NCBI GenBank assembly: GCA_003158585.1
Contig: PMKE01000071.1
Coordinates: forward strand, 10,003 to 74,002
Length of the DNA: 64,000 nt
DNA from: Alphaproteobacteria bacterium
GTDB taxonomy: Bacteria > Pseudomonadota > Alphaproteobacteria > Micropepsales > Micropepsaceae
Reading direction: 5' to 3'
This document shows, piece by piece, positions 1-9,642 of this stretch (within the stretch, counting starts at the first letter, position 1; each line of letters begins with the position of its first letter). The position numbers and the translations under genes are program-made. Below the pieces are notes generated by a model. The model had not been told where the DNA came from. It saw nothing but the letters and a program-made list of their open reading frames with translations, and searched no databases.

Positions 1-200
1 GGAAGGCTCGGGGAGTACCGGATTCCTCTAAGATGGAATATAGGCGGACTCAAGGGTTTGTGTCTCTTGCCTGATGGAGTGTGTCTTGTCGAAAAGGTGG
101 ATGGTTTGGTGACTCGACGCCTGGAAACCGGACGATTTGAACAGGCTCGAGGTTATGCGCATAGTTGGGGCATGCCGGTGGATGAACCAGGAGTGAAATT

Positions 201-1019
201 GTGAGTGGACCTTTTCATGTCCATCTCATCTCGGACGCGACGGGCGAAACACTGCATTCCGTCGCCAAGGCGGCTCTGGCGCAGTTCGAAGGCGTCACCG
301 TCCAGGAGCATTCCTACACCCTGGTGCGCAGCGACCGGCAGCTCCAGCGTGCACTGGACTATATCCGGCAACACCTGGGCCTCGTGCTGTTCACGGTTGT
401 CGACCAGAAGCTCCGCAACGATCTTGTGGCGCAGTGCGGCCTGATCGGAGTGCCGTATTTCGACGTCATGGAAGGCCCCGTCGGCCTGATGCAGCAATGC
501 TTCAATACGGAAAAAACACAAAGGCCGGGCGGGCAGCACGACATCGACCAGAAGTACCTCCACCGCATGGAGGCTCTCAATTACACGATCGAGCACGACG
601 ACGGCGCCAATCTCGATCTCGGCGCGGCGGAAGTGATCCTGGTGGGTGCCAGCCGCACTTCCAAGACGCCGACCTGTGTATATCTGGCGATCCGAGGCAT
701 CCGGGCGGCTAATGTTCCTCTTGTGCTCGGACTGCCGCCGCCTTCACAATTGCTGACTTACACGACGCCGCTCATCGTCGGTTTATGGGTTGTGCCCGAG
801 CGTCTGGTGCAGATTCGCCGCAACCGGCTGACGGCAATGGGCGAAGAGAGAGACACGGACTACGTCGATCTGGAAAAGGTGCGCAACGAGGTCATGGCGA
901 CACGCCGTTTGTACGAGCAGCAGGGCTGGCCTTCCATCGACGTAACCAGGCGTTCGATCGAGGAGACGGCCGCCGCGATTATGACTTTGTTGGCCGAACG
1001 TCGGGGCGAACCGGCATGA
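201..1019 (+). CDS. Pyruvate,phosphate dikinase / PEP synthase regulatory protein family (DUF299 kinase/pyrophosphorylase)
   Basis: N-terminus HVHLISDATGETL and P-loop-like VILVGASRTSKTPTCVYLA are typical of the family. The stop overlaps the maf start (ATGA). Confidence 0.85.
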   Translation: MSGPFHVHLISDATGETLHSVAKAALAQFEGVTVQEHSYTLVRSDRQLQRALDYIRQHLGLVLFTVVDQKLRNDLVAQCGLIGVPYFDVMEGPVGLMQQCFNTEKTQRPGGQHDIDQKYLHRMEALNYTIEHDDGANLDLGAAEVILVGASRTSKTPTCVYLAIRGIRAANVPLVLGLPPPSQLLTYTTPLIVGLWVVPERLVQIRRNRLTAMGEERDTDYVDLEKVRNEVMATRRLYEQQGWPSIDVTRRSIEETAAAIMTLLAERRGEPA

Positions 1020-1612
1020 GCATGTTGATCCTGGCCTCAGCCAGTGCCACCCGCGCCCGTCTTCTGCGCGAAGCGGGTGTGACCTTCGGCGTCCGTCCGG
1101 CGGACATAGATGAAGGGGAATTCAAGGCCGCTCTTCGCCGGAAAGACACCCCGGTCGAAGCCGTGGCCGAGAGCCTCGCCGAACTGAAGGCGGTGCGCGT
1201 CTCGGCGGCCTCGCCAGAGGCGCTGGTGCTCGGCTGCGACCAGACGCTCGTCTGCGAAGAGCGGCTGATCGCCAAATCGCGCGACAATGCCGAAGCCCGC
1301 GCACTGCTGATGGATTTGCGCGGCAAGATGCACACCCTCATCTCGGCGGCGGTGCTGGCGCGCGACGGCAAACCGGTCTGGCGCCACCGGGAAAGCGTCA
1401 GATTGTGGATGCGCGATTTCAGCGAGCGTTTCCTCGACGATTATCTCAAGAGCGAAGGCAGCACCGTGCTCGGCAGCGTCGGCTGCTATCAGCTCGAAGG
1501 GCGCGGAGCGCAGCTGTTCGAACGCATCGAGGGCGACTATTTCGCGGTTCTCGGGCTGCCGCTCATTCCCCTGCTCGCGGTGCTGCGCGAGTACAGGATC
1601 GTACCGCAATGA
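1016..1612 (+). CDS. maf: Maf-like nucleoside triphosphate pyrophosphatase
   Basis: MSMLILASASATRARLL start and CYQLEGRGAQLFERIEGDYFAVLGLPL C-terminus. The start was chosen at the internal ATG 1016 that overlaps the upstream stop. Confidence 0.85.
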   Translation: MSMLILASASATRARLLREAGVTFGVRPADIDEGEFKAALRRKDTPVEAVAESLAELKAVRVSAASPEALVLGCDQTLVCEERLIAKSRDNAEARALLMDLRGKMHTLISAAVLARDGKPVWRHRESVRLWMRDFSERFLDDYLKSEGSTVLGSVGCYQLEGRGAQLFERIEGDYFAVLGLPLIPLLAVLREYRIVPQ

Positions 1613-2451
1613 GCGGTTTGGCGGGGGTGGTGGGCTGGCCGATTGCGCAGTCTGTTTCGCCTCTGCTGCACAGCCATTGGATTGCCGAGCACGGCATCGA
1701 CGGCAGTTATGTGCCTTTGCCGGTCAGGCCGGAGGATTTTGCCGCCGCCATGAAGGAGCTGCAGGGCAAGGGATTTTGCGGCGTCAACGTCACGGTGCCG
1801 CACAAGCAAGCCGCCTTTGCCTTGGCCGGGCGCCATGATCGGGCAGCCGGCATCACCGGCGCGGTCAATCTCTTGCTGTTCGGGGATGACGGCATCGAAG
1901 GGCGCAACACCGACGGCATCGGCCTTGCCGCCGCTCTCCGGGACGGCCTCGGACAGGATTGCGTCAAGGGCCGCGCTGTCGTGATCTGGGGCGCCGGCGG
2001 CACGGCACGGGCGGCCGTTTATGCCCTTTCCCGAATGGGCGCCACGGAGATTCGCATCCTGAACCGCACCGTGGCGCGAGCCGAAGCGCTTGTTGCCTTG
2101 GGGCGCCAAGTGTCGGTGAAGATCACGGCCGGAGGCTACGAACTTTGGCCAGAGGCGGGAAAAGACGCGGCCCTCTTGGTACACACCACCAGTGCCGGGA
2201 TGAAGCAAACCCCTTCGCTCGATCTGCCGCTCGACGTGCTGCCTTCCGGCGCCGCGGTGTTCGATGCCGTGTACAATCCCTTGGAAACGGCTCTCTTGAA
2301 ACGCGCCAGGGAGCAAGGCCTTCGCACGGTAGACGGATTGGGAATGCTGATGCATCAGGCGGTTCCCTCTTTCGCGGCCTTCTTCGGTATCGAGCCCGCC
2401 GTCACTCCTGCCCTGCGCAGCAAGCTGGAAAAGGCGCTGACCGGTGGCTGA
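1609..2451 (+). CDS. aroE: Shikimate dehydrogenase
   Basis: SVSPLLHSHW, GVNVTVPHK and VIWGAGGTARA motifs. ATG 1609 overlaps the maf stop. Confidence 0.9.
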   Translation: MSGLAGVVGWPIAQSVSPLLHSHWIAEHGIDGSYVPLPVRPEDFAAAMKELQGKGFCGVNVTVPHKQAAFALAGRHDRAAGITGAVNLLLFGDDGIEGRNTDGIGLAAALRDGLGQDCVKGRAVVIWGAGGTARAAVYALSRMGATEIRILNRTVARAEALVALGRQVSVKITAGGYELWPEAGKDAALLVHTTSAGMKQTPSLDLPLDVLPSGAAVFDAVYNPLETALLKRAREQGLRTVDGLGMLMHQAVPSFAAFFGIEPAVTPALRSKLEKALTGG

Positions 2452-3064
2452 GCGTCCCACACTCGTCGGCCTCACCGGTTCGATCGGTATGGGCAAGACC
2501 GAGACGGCGAAAATGTTTGCCGCACTCGGCATTCCCGTGTTCGACGCTGACGCGGCTGTGCACGCGCTTTACGAACCGGGCGGGGCGGCCGTCGCCGTCG
2601 TCGGCGAGGCCTTTCCGGGCACGGTAAAGGACGGGCGCGTCGACCGGCAGGCGATGGTAGCGCGCGTGATGAACGATCCGGCGGCCTTTGCCAGACTCGA
2701 AGCGATTGTCCACCCCCTGGTGGCGATGGAGGAAAAAAACTTTATCGACGAAGCTTGGGCCAAAGACGCGCCACTCGTGATTCTCGATATTCCGATGCTC
2801 TACGAGACCGGCGGCGAGGCGCGCATGGACGCGGTGGTGGTGGTTTCGGCGCCCGCGGAAGTGCAGCGCGCCAGGGTGCTGGCGCGTCCCGGCATGACGG
2901 CGCAAAGGCTCGACCACATTCTCTCGCGCCAGATGTCCGATGCGGAAAAGCGCCGGCGGGCCCATTTTGTTGTGGACACCGGCCGGGGCTTCGATCACGC
3001 CTTCGAACAAGCGAAGCGGATCGTGCAAGAATTGCTGCTGAAGCGGGATGCGAAACATGCGTGA
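2444..3064 (+). CDS. coaE: Dephospho-CoA kinase
   Basis: P-loop GLTGSIGMGKT and the expected size. The GTG start overlaps the aroE stop. Confidence 0.9.
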   Translation: MAERPTLVGLTGSIGMGKTETAKMFAALGIPVFDADAAVHALYEPGGAAVAVVGEAFPGTVKDGRVDRQAMVARVMNDPAAFARLEAIVHPLVAMEEKNFIDEAWAKDAPLVILDIPMLYETGGEARMDAVVVVSAPAEVQRARVLARPGMTAQRLDHILSRQMSDAEKRRRAHFVVDTGRGFDHAFEQAKRIVQELLLKRDAKHA

Positions 3065-3743
3065 AGTCGTCCTCGACACGGAAACCACAGGCCTCGATCC
3101 GGCCGACGGCCACCGCATCATCGAGATCGGCTGCGTCGAGTTGATGGATCATTTTCCAACCGGCCGCAGCTTCCAGCGCTATCTCAATCCCGAGCGCGAC
3201 ATGCCGGCGGAAGCCGAGCGCGTCCACGGCATCACCGGGGCCTTCCTCGCCGACAAGCCGCACTTTTCCGAAGTGGTTGCGGAGCTGATGGAATTTCTGG
3301 GCGATGCGCCGCTGGTCATCCACAACGCCGGTTTCGATCTCAAGTTTCTCAATACCGAACTGGCGAAGATCGGCGGGGCGCCGATCCCCGCCGCGCGCGC
3401 CATCGACACCATCGAGATCGCCAAGGTGAAACTTCCAGGCGCCCGCTATTCCCTCGACGAGTTGTGCAAGCGCTTCGGGATCGACCTCACCGTGCGCGAA
3501 AAGCACGGCGCACTGCTCGATGCCGAGCTGTTGGCGCAGGTCTATCTGGAACTGATCGGCGGGCGGCAGAAACGCTTCGTGCTGGCACCGTCCGATGCCG
3601 GTGGTGAGGCGGTCGAAGAATCCCGCAGCGCGCGCACGCGGCCCGAGCCGCTGCCCTCGCTCCTTACCATCGCCGAACGCGAAGCGCACGCGGCCTTCGT
3701 TGCCGGCGAGCTCGGCGAAGTGGCGATATGGAATAAGAACTAG
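3048..3743 (+). CDS. dnaQ: DNA polymerase III epsilon subunit (3'-5' exonuclease)
   Basis: Exo motifs VLDTETTGLDP, HNAGFDLKFL and HGALLDAELLAQVY. ATG 3057 is an alternative start. Confidence 0.9.
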   Translation: MRNMREVVLDTETTGLDPADGHRIIEIGCVELMDHFPTGRSFQRYLNPERDMPAEAERVHGITGAFLADKPHFSEVVAELMEFLGDAPLVIHNAGFDLKFLNTELAKIGGAPIPAARAIDTIEIAKVKLPGARYSLDELCKRFGIDLTVREKHGALLDAELLAQVYLELIGGRQKRFVLAPSDAGGEAVEESRSARTRPEPLPSLLTIAEREAHAAFVAGELGEVAIWNKN

Positions 3744-4231
3744 GCTTGCGGTTCGCCGCCCGGCTGCGCCTGCTGCATCTGTGCCGCCTTGGCGCGATAG
3801 AGCGCGACAAAATCGATCGGCTCGATCATCAAAGGCGGCATGCCGCCGTCGCGTACCACGTCGGCAACGATACGCCGCGCGAAGGGGAACAAGATGTGCG
3901 GCGCCTCGATCAGCAGCACCTGCTGGCGGACTTCGTCGGGGATGTTGTGAAGCTGGAAGAGCCCCGAATAGACAAGCTCGAGCAAAAAGAGCGGCTTTTC
4001 CTCGCTCTTGGCGGAGACGCGCAGTTTCAGCTCGACCTCATAATGCTCGCGCTCGATCTGGCGCGCCTGGAGATCGACGTTCAACTCGATCTGTGGACGG
4101 ACGGAAAGGGCGTTCGGGGCCCCCGGATTCTCGAATGACAGGTCTTTAATGTATTGACCGACGACTTGGACATGCGGTGCGTCGACATCCTTGCCGTTCT
4201 GGTTGCCGTCTGGGGGAAGCTCGTCAGCCAT
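3740..4231 (-). CDS. secB: Protein-export chaperone SecB
   Basis: VVGQYIKDLSFENP...LLIEAPHILFPFARRIVADVVRDGG is typical SecB. The start is the internal ATG (MADELPP) of the longer ORF. Confidence 0.9.
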   Translation of the reverse strand: MADELPPDGNQNGKDVDAPHVQVVGQYIKDLSFENPGAPNALSVRPQIELNVDLQARQIEREHYEVELKLRVSAKSEEKPLFLLELVYSGLFQLHNIPDEVRQQVLLIEAPHILFPFARRIVADVVRDGGMPPLMIEPIDFVALYRAKAAQMQQAQPGGEPQA

Positions 4232-4415
4232 CGTAAACCCTTGGAAAATCGTGTCGGGGCGGGCGCTAGCACGGAATGGAAGGCCCTGACAAGCGAAACG
4301 GCTGCGGCAACCATATTTGCACTTTCGCCGCTTTTGCCGGGCAATGTGCTGGACCGTACCGATCCGTGGCGTTAGGGTAAGGCTTCCCGCGCGCCATGAT
4401 GCCGCGGAGAACAAA

Positions 4416-5078
4416 ATGGCAAGCTCGCAATTGCTCAACATTATCCTGATCGCCACGCTGGCAGGGTTTGTGCTGTTCCGCCTTTACACGGTGTTGGGGC
4501 GGCGCACCGGCCATGAGCGGCCGCCGCAGGACAATTACCGTCTCAAGCCGGCCGAGGACGCAGTCGGGGCGCACGACAACGGGAAACTGACGCACGCCGC
4601 GCCGGCCGAACGGCCCTCCGATCCGGTGGCAAGCGGCCTGTTCGACATCGGGCTGGCCGACCGGTCCTTCGACAAGGACCAGTTCCTCAAGGGCGCCCGT
4701 GCGGCCTATGAGATGATCCTCACCGCTTATGCAGCGGGCGACCGCATGACGCTCAAGCCGCTGCTCAGCGACGAAGTCTTCGCCGCCTTCGAGTCCGTCA
4801 TGCGCCGGCGCGAAGAGGCCGTTCAGAAGGCGTCCTTGACGCTGGTCGGCTTCAACGACGTGAAGGTCATCGCCGCGGTCCTTAAAGGCAGCATCGCGGA
4901 GATCACGCTCGCTTTCGGCACCCAGCTCATTTCCGCGACCACAAACGCCGCGGGCGCCGTGGTCGAAGGCGACACGAAATCAGTTCGCGACGTGACCGAC
5001 GTCTGGACCTTCACGCACGACGTACGCGCGCGCGATCCCAACTGGACGCTGGTCTCCACGTCGAGCGAACCGCTCTGA
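4416..5078 (+). CDS. Tim44-like domain membrane protein
   Basis: N-terminal TM helix (LLNIILIATLAGFVLFRLY) followed by a Tim44-like C-terminal domain. Divergent placement next to secB is the usual alphaproteobacterial arrangement. Confidence 0.7.
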   Translation: MASSQLLNIILIATLAGFVLFRLYTVLGRRTGHERPPQDNYRLKPAEDAVGAHDNGKLTHAAPAERPSDPVASGLFDIGLADRSFDKDQFLKGARAAYEMILTAYAAGDRMTLKPLLSDEVFAAFESVMRRREEAVQKASLTLVGFNDVKVIAAVLKGSIAEITLAFGTQLISATTNAAGAVVEGDTKSVRDVTDVWTFTHDVRARDPNWTLVSTSSEPL

Positions 5079-5083
5079 CCTCG

Positions 5084-6271
5084 GTGAGCCGGCGACTAAT
5101 CATCCTTCTTGCGCTGCTTGTCCTTTTCCTCGCCGGGGCAGGGCTGTGGTGGTGGCTTCATCCCGAGCCCGGACCGCTGCGCCTGACCAAGGTCACTTTC
5201 GCCGATCTACCCGGCTGGGCCGCCAGCGATCCCGCTGCGGCGCTCGGCGCCTTCGAGCGCTCCTGCGCGGCGTTGCAAGGCAAGCCCGACGCGGAGCCGT
5301 TGGGCGCCGCCGGATATGCGGGAACCGTCGCGGCTTGGCGCGCGCCTTGCCGGGCTGCGCAGGCCGCCGATCCGGTGGAGGCGCGCGACTTCTTCGAGCA
5401 CTGGTTCACGCCGCTCGCCGTCAGCGCAGGAAGAATCAAAGACGGCCGTTTCACGGGCTATTACGAGCCCGAGCTGTTCGTCAGCCGCCGGCGCCACGGC
5501 GCATTTCAAACACCGATCTACGGCCGTCCCGACGATCTCGTCACTGTCGATCTCGGCCAGTTCCGCCCGGCTCTGCGCGGCGAGCGTATCGCGGGAAAGA
5601 TCGAGGGGGGCAAGCTGGTGCCTTACGCCTCGCGGGCCGAAATCGACGCACACGGCCTGCGCCATGCGCATGTTCTGTTTTACGGCAACGATCCCATCGC
5701 GGTGTTCTTCCTGCACATCCAGGGTTCCGGGCGCGTGACGTTCGAAGACGGCAGCCAGGCGCGCGTCAGCTATGCGGCGCAGAACGGCCAGCTCTACACC
5801 GCGATCGGCAAGACGCTGATCGACCGCGGTCTGCCGCGCGACGGCCTGTCGATGCAGGCGATCCGCGATTGGCTGAAGGCGCATCCGGACGAGATGCACG
5901 AAGTCATCGAAACCGACGCCTCTTACGTTTTCTTCCAGGAGGAGCCGGTCGGCGATGCCTCGCTCGGCGCCAAGGGCGCGCAAGGCGTGCCGCTGACGCC
6001 GCTGGCCAGCCTCGCGGTCGATCCGCGGCTGCATGCCTTGGGTACGCCGGTCTTCGTGGCGGGCGGCGGCGCGCTCGACAGGCTGTTCATCGCCCAGGAC
6101 ATCGGCGGCGCGATCCGAGGGGCCGTGCGCGGCGACGTGTTCTTCGGTTTCGGCAGCAAGGCGGAAGCGCGCGCCGGAACCATGAACCAGATGGGCCGGA
6201 TGTTTGTCCTGGTGCCGAAGACTGTGGCACAAAAGCTGAAGCCGCGAACGGATTTTCCGGATTCCCCATGA
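5084..6271 (+). CDS. mltA: Membrane-bound lytic murein transglycosylase A
   Basis: Signal/TM N-terminus and MltA-like body (GYYEP...; C-terminal 3D-like DIGGAIRGAVRGDVFFG). Confidence 0.8.
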   Translation: MSRRLIILLALLVLFLAGAGLWWWLHPEPGPLRLTKVTFADLPGWAASDPAAALGAFERSCAALQGKPDAEPLGAAGYAGTVAAWRAPCRAAQAADPVEARDFFEHWFTPLAVSAGRIKDGRFTGYYEPELFVSRRRHGAFQTPIYGRPDDLVTVDLGQFRPALRGERIAGKIEGGKLVPYASRAEIDAHGLRHAHVLFYGNDPIAVFFLHIQGSGRVTFEDGSQARVSYAAQNGQLYTAIGKTLIDRGLPRDGLSMQAIRDWLKAHPDEMHEVIETDASYVFFQEEPVGDASLGAKGAQGVPLTPLASLAVDPRLHALGTPVFVAGGGALDRLFIAQDIGGAIRGAVRGDVFFGFGSKAEARAGTMNQMGRMFVLVPKTVAQKLKPRTDFPDSP

Positions 6272-6747
6272 GGCGCACCACCAAGGAAGAACACGAGCTG
6301 TTTCATGCCGCCTTGTCGGGTCAGACGCCGGTGAAGGTGAAGAAATCTCGGCCGCTAGCCCTAGTGCGTCCTCCGGCGAAGAATACGCAGGCCTCGAAAA
6401 CTCCAACCGGTCTCGACGGCAACACCAGTAGGCGTCTCAAACGCGGCGAGATTGCGCCAGATGCCAAGATCGATCTGCATGGGCTGACGGAAGCCGCCGC
6501 GCATCGCGCACTGACGGCCTTCATGCTTTCGGCGCATCGGCGCGGCGACAAGCTAGTGTTGATCGTGACGGGGAAGGGCGGCGCCGGTTCCGATCCGGAA
6601 CGCGTGCGCGGCGTGCTCAAGACGATGGTGCCGCGCTGGCTGGAAGAATCCCCGCTCGCCAAACTGATCGCCGACAAGCGCGGCGCGCATGTACGCCACG
6701 GCGGCCCCGGCGCGCTGTATGTGTATTTGCGGAAAGTGAAAGCTTAG
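6268..6747 (+). CDS. Smr/MutS2-type small nuclease domain protein
   Basis: IDLHGLTEAAAHRALTAFM...LVLIVTGKG...GPGALYVYL is an Smr domain. ATG 6268 overlaps the mltA stop. Confidence 0.8.
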   Translation: MRRTTKEEHELFHAALSGQTPVKVKKSRPLALVRPPAKNTQASKTPTGLDGNTSRRLKRGEIAPDAKIDLHGLTEAAAHRALTAFMLSAHRRGDKLVLIVTGKGGAGSDPERVRGVLKTMVPRWLEESPLAKLIADKRGAHVRHGGPGALYVYLRKVKA

Positions 6748-7736
6748 AGCAGTCCCGCCTTGGCGGCGAGTGCTTCCAGGGAGGTCTCCGGCCGTGCGCC
6801 GTAATGGGAGATGACCTCGGCCGCCGCCAGAGCGCCCAGCCGGCCGCTCTTCGACAGGGGCTTGCCGCGCACAAGTCCGAACAAGAAACCCGCTGCGAAC
6901 TGATCGCCCGCCCCCGTGGTATCGACCACGCGCGCCACAGGTGCCGCGTCGATGACATGCACTTCGCCGCCGCCCACCACGACGCAGCCTTTCGCCGAGC
7001 GCGTCAGGGCGGCGATCCTGCCCCATTGCCCGAAACGTTGCAGCACTGCGTCGAACTCCTCGACTTCGAACAGCGCCTTGGCTTCGTCTTCGTTGGCGAA
7101 CAGGATGTCGAGATCGTTTTCCACCAGCGCCAGGAAGTCCTCGCGGTAGCGCCCGACGCAGAACGGATCGGACAGCGTGAAGGCGACCTTCGTTCCGGCT
7201 TGCCTGGCGATGGCGATGGCTTTCTGCGAGGCGGCCTTGGAGACTTCCGAATCCCACAGATAGCCTTCGATGTAGAGGATTTCCGCCGAACCGATATCGG
7301 CCTCGTCGATATCCTCGGGCGAAAGCTCGCGGCTGGCGCCGAGATGGGTGTTCATGCTGCGCTGCCCGTCGGGCGCCACCGCGATCAGCGAGCAGGCCGT
7401 CGGCGGACCGTCGTCGGCGGGCCGGGTGGCATAGTGGATACCGCCTGCCAACAGGCTGGCGGCGAAGGCTTCGCCCAGCCGGTCGGCCTTGACCTTGCCG
7501 ATAAACATGCCGCGCGCGCCCAGCGAGACCAGTCCCGCCATCGTGTTAGCGGCCGAGCCACCTGCGGCTTCGACGCGTTCGCCGAAGGCGTGATAGAGCT
7601 GATTGGCGCGGTATTCGTCGATCAGGGTCATCACCCCCTTGGCGATCTTGTGGGTCAGAAGAAAGCCGTCGTCGACCGGGGCGAACACATCGACGATGGC
7701 GTTTCCCATCGCGACAACATCGAAATTTCGCGCCAT
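6744..7736 (-). CDS. Adenosine kinase / PfkB-family carbohydrate kinase
   Basis: FDVVAMGNAIVD start, GGSAANT, and C-terminal DTTGAGDQFAAGFL PfkB signature. Confidence 0.8.
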   Translation of the reverse strand: MARNFDVVAMGNAIVDVFAPVDDGFLLTHKIAKGVMTLIDEYRANQLYHAFGERVEAAGGSAANTMAGLVSLGARGMFIGKVKADRLGEAFAASLLAGGIHYATRPADDGPPTACSLIAVAPDGQRSMNTHLGASRELSPEDIDEADIGSAEILYIEGYLWDSEVSKAASQKAIAIARQAGTKVAFTLSDPFCVGRYREDFLALVENDLDILFANEDEAKALFEVEEFDAVLQRFGQWGRIAALTRSAKGCVVVGGGEVHVIDAAPVARVVDTTGAGDQFAAGFLFGLVRGKPLSKSGRLGALAAAEVISHYGARPETSLEALAAKAGLL

Positions 7737-7789
7737 TGATCCCCCGAAGAGGTATGCTTGCGGCGTCAAAGCCGTAAAGGACTGAGGAC

Positions 7790-8464
7790 ATGTTCGCAAG
7801 TCTCGGCAAGGCCGCAAAATCGCTGTTCGACCGCAAATTGTCCCGCGTCGTGATCATCTCCGTCGTGCTGACGGTCTTGCTCTATGTCGCGCTGCTTGTA
7901 GGGGCGCTTTACGGCCTCGAGCATCTGCCGGCACTGGGCTCGCCCTGGGTCAACACCCTTCTCGAGATTCTCGCGCCGGTCCTGGTTTTTCTGCTGGTGA
8001 TTTATCTCGGCGCGGCGGCGGCGGCGCTGTTCGCCCCGCTGTTCCTCGAAATGGCAGCGAAACGGATCGAGGCGCGCTTCTACACTGCCGATTCCAAACC
8101 CTCCGGCGCCCCCTTCGGCCAGACGCTCGTCACCGGGCTCCAGCTCACACTGGTGGTGATCGCAGTCGATCTCGCCTTGCTGCCGGCCGATGCCTTCCTG
8201 CCGGGGATCGGGGAATTCGTCACTGTCCTGATCAACGGCTGGTTCCTGGGACGGGGCTATTTCGAGATGGTGGCCTTCCGGCATATGTCGAAGAATGCGG
8301 CCAAGGCCCTGCGCGGGCGCCACACCTTCGGAGTGTTCGCCGCGGGGCTGGTGATTTCGCTGCTCAGCACCGTGCCGTTCGTCGATTTCATTGCCCCCTT
8401 GTTCGGAGCGGCCCTGATGGTCCATCTCTTCCAGCGCTATACGCACAAGGAGCTCCCCGCATGA
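7790..8464 (+). CDS. EI24/CysZ-like integral membrane protein
   Basis: About four to five hydrophobic helices; size and pattern resemble the EI24/CysZ family. Assigned by resemblance only. Confidence 0.5.
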   Translation: MFASLGKAAKSLFDRKLSRVVIISVVLTVLLYVALLVGALYGLEHLPALGSPWVNTLLEILAPVLVFLLVIYLGAAAAALFAPLFLEMAAKRIEARFYTADSKPSGAPFGQTLVTGLQLTLVVIAVDLALLPADAFLPGIGEFVTVLINGWFLGRGYFEMVAFRHMSKNAAKALRGRHTFGVFAAGLVISLLSTVPFVDFIAPLFGAALMVHLFQRYTHKELPA

Positions 8465-8919
8465 GAAGGCAAAAGCGCAATCCGGAAAAGTGCGAAGCGG
8501 TTTTCCGGCGGATTGCGCGACAAAACAAAAACCTAGGGCAGAAGTGCATTTCGGTAATCTCGGTTTTTTCTCTAACGGCCGGTCTGTGTCTGTTTCTCGC
8601 CGCCTGCGCCACGCATGCGCCGCCGCCTCCGGCCATGCCTGCCGTGCCGCTGCCGCCGCCGCCGCCAACAGGGGAGCCCGCCGACCTCATCAATCTGTCG
8701 GCTGCCCAGTTGCGTGCGCTGTTCGGCACCCCGGCCTTCATCCGTGCGGAAAACGGCCCGGAGATATGGCGCTACGATAACAAGCAATGCCGCGCCTTCT
8801 TCTTCCTCTATCCGGACGCCACCTCGAAAGCGGTCCGCCATGTCGAGACGGTGCCGCGCGGCAAGGAGATGGCCGCCGACGCTAGCTGCCTCGCCGTTTT
8901 GCGACGGCCGGTTTCGTGA
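8461..8919 (+). CDS. Hypothetical lipoprotein with poly-proline linker
   Basis: Lipobox LFLAAC followed by PPPPAMPAVPLPPPPPTGEP. The first ~25 codons coincide with a REP-like repeat, so the real start is uncertain. Confidence 0.5.
   Translation: MRRQKRNPEKCEAVFRRIARQNKNLGQKCISVISVFSLTAGLCLFLAACATHAPPPPAMPAVPLPPPPPTGEPADLINLSAAQLRALFGTPAFIRAENGPEIWRYDNKQCRAFFFLYPDATSKAVRHVETVPRGKEMAADASCLAVLRRPVS
8475..8535. repeat. REP-like ~60 bp repeat, copy A (hairpin GCGCAATC...GATTGCGC)
   Basis: gcgcaatccggaaaagtgcgaagcggttttccggcggattgcgcgacaaaacaaaaacc aligns with few mismatches to 52124-52182. Confidence 0.7.
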
Positions 8920-9550
8920 CGGGGGTCTTGTCGGGATAGCGGCAGAGATCGCACACCACGCAATCGGAACATTTTGGCTGCCGCGCCGTGCAGACATAGC
9001 GCCCGTGCAGGATCAGCCAGTGATGGGCGTGCAGCAGATATTCCTCCGGCACGAGTTTGACGAGTCCGTCTTCGACTTCGCGTGGCGTCTTGCCGGGTGC
9101 GAGCCCCGTGCGATTGGCGACGCGGAAGATATGGGTGTCCACCGCGATGGTTTTCTCGCCGAAGGCGACGTTGAGGACGACGTTGGCCGTCTTGCGGCCG
9201 ACGCCGGGCAGGGCTTCCAGCGCCTCGCGCTCGCGCGGTACCTCGCCGCTGTGCCGCTCCAGTAATAACTTCGACAGCGCAACGATGTTCTTCGCCTTGC
9301 CGCGATAGAGCCCGATGGTCTTGATGGTATTCGATAGACCCGCCTCGCCGAGCGCCGCCATCTTGGCGGGTGTGTCCGCGATCTTGAACAGCGCTTCCGT
9401 CGCCTTGTTGACGCCCTTGTCGGTCGCCTGCGCCGACAGCACCACGGCGACCAGCAGCGTAAAGGGATTGGTATAGCGAAGCTCGGTTTCCGGCTTCGGA
9501 TTGGATTTCTTCAGGCGCGCGAAGAAGGCTTCCACTTGCGGTAAGGGCAT
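8882..9550 (-). CDS. nth: Endonuclease III
   Basis: LVAVVLSAQATDKGVNKAT, the HhH-GPD region LPGVGRKTANVVL, and the C-terminal Fe-S cluster CxxxxxxCxxCxxxxxC. Confidence 0.9.
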   Translation of the reverse strand: MPLPQVEAFFARLKKSNPKPETELRYTNPFTLLVAVVLSAQATDKGVNKATEALFKIADTPAKMAALGEAGLSNTIKTIGLYRGKAKNIVALSKLLLERHSGEVPREREALEALPGVGRKTANVVLNVAFGEKTIAVDTHIFRVANRTGLAPGKTPREVEDGLVKLVPEEYLLHAHHWLILHGRYVCTARQPKCSDCVVCDLCRYPDKTPVTKPAVAKRRGS

Positions 9551-9642
9551 GGCGGCGGGCCGGGTTTGGACGGAAGCAGTTAACTCTCTTCCCGCGCATT
9601 TGCGCAAGAATCGGGTCGCAAGCGGGCCCCGCTTGCCTCAGC

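Noticed and set aside
153-596. A 147-aa minus-strand ORF at the window start
   Set aside because: Antisense to the well-supported DUF299 kinase gene (201-1019).
5207-6406. A 399-aa antisense ORF opposite mltA
   Set aside because: No recognisable motifs and a composition artefact of high G+C. The sense strand encodes a convincing MltA.
5146-6747. A 533-aa ORF spanning mltA and smr in another frame
   Set aside because: Arg/Ala/Gly-rich translation typical of an off-frame read through high-G+C coding DNA. Only its last ~160 codons (Smr, from ATG 6268) look like a real protein.
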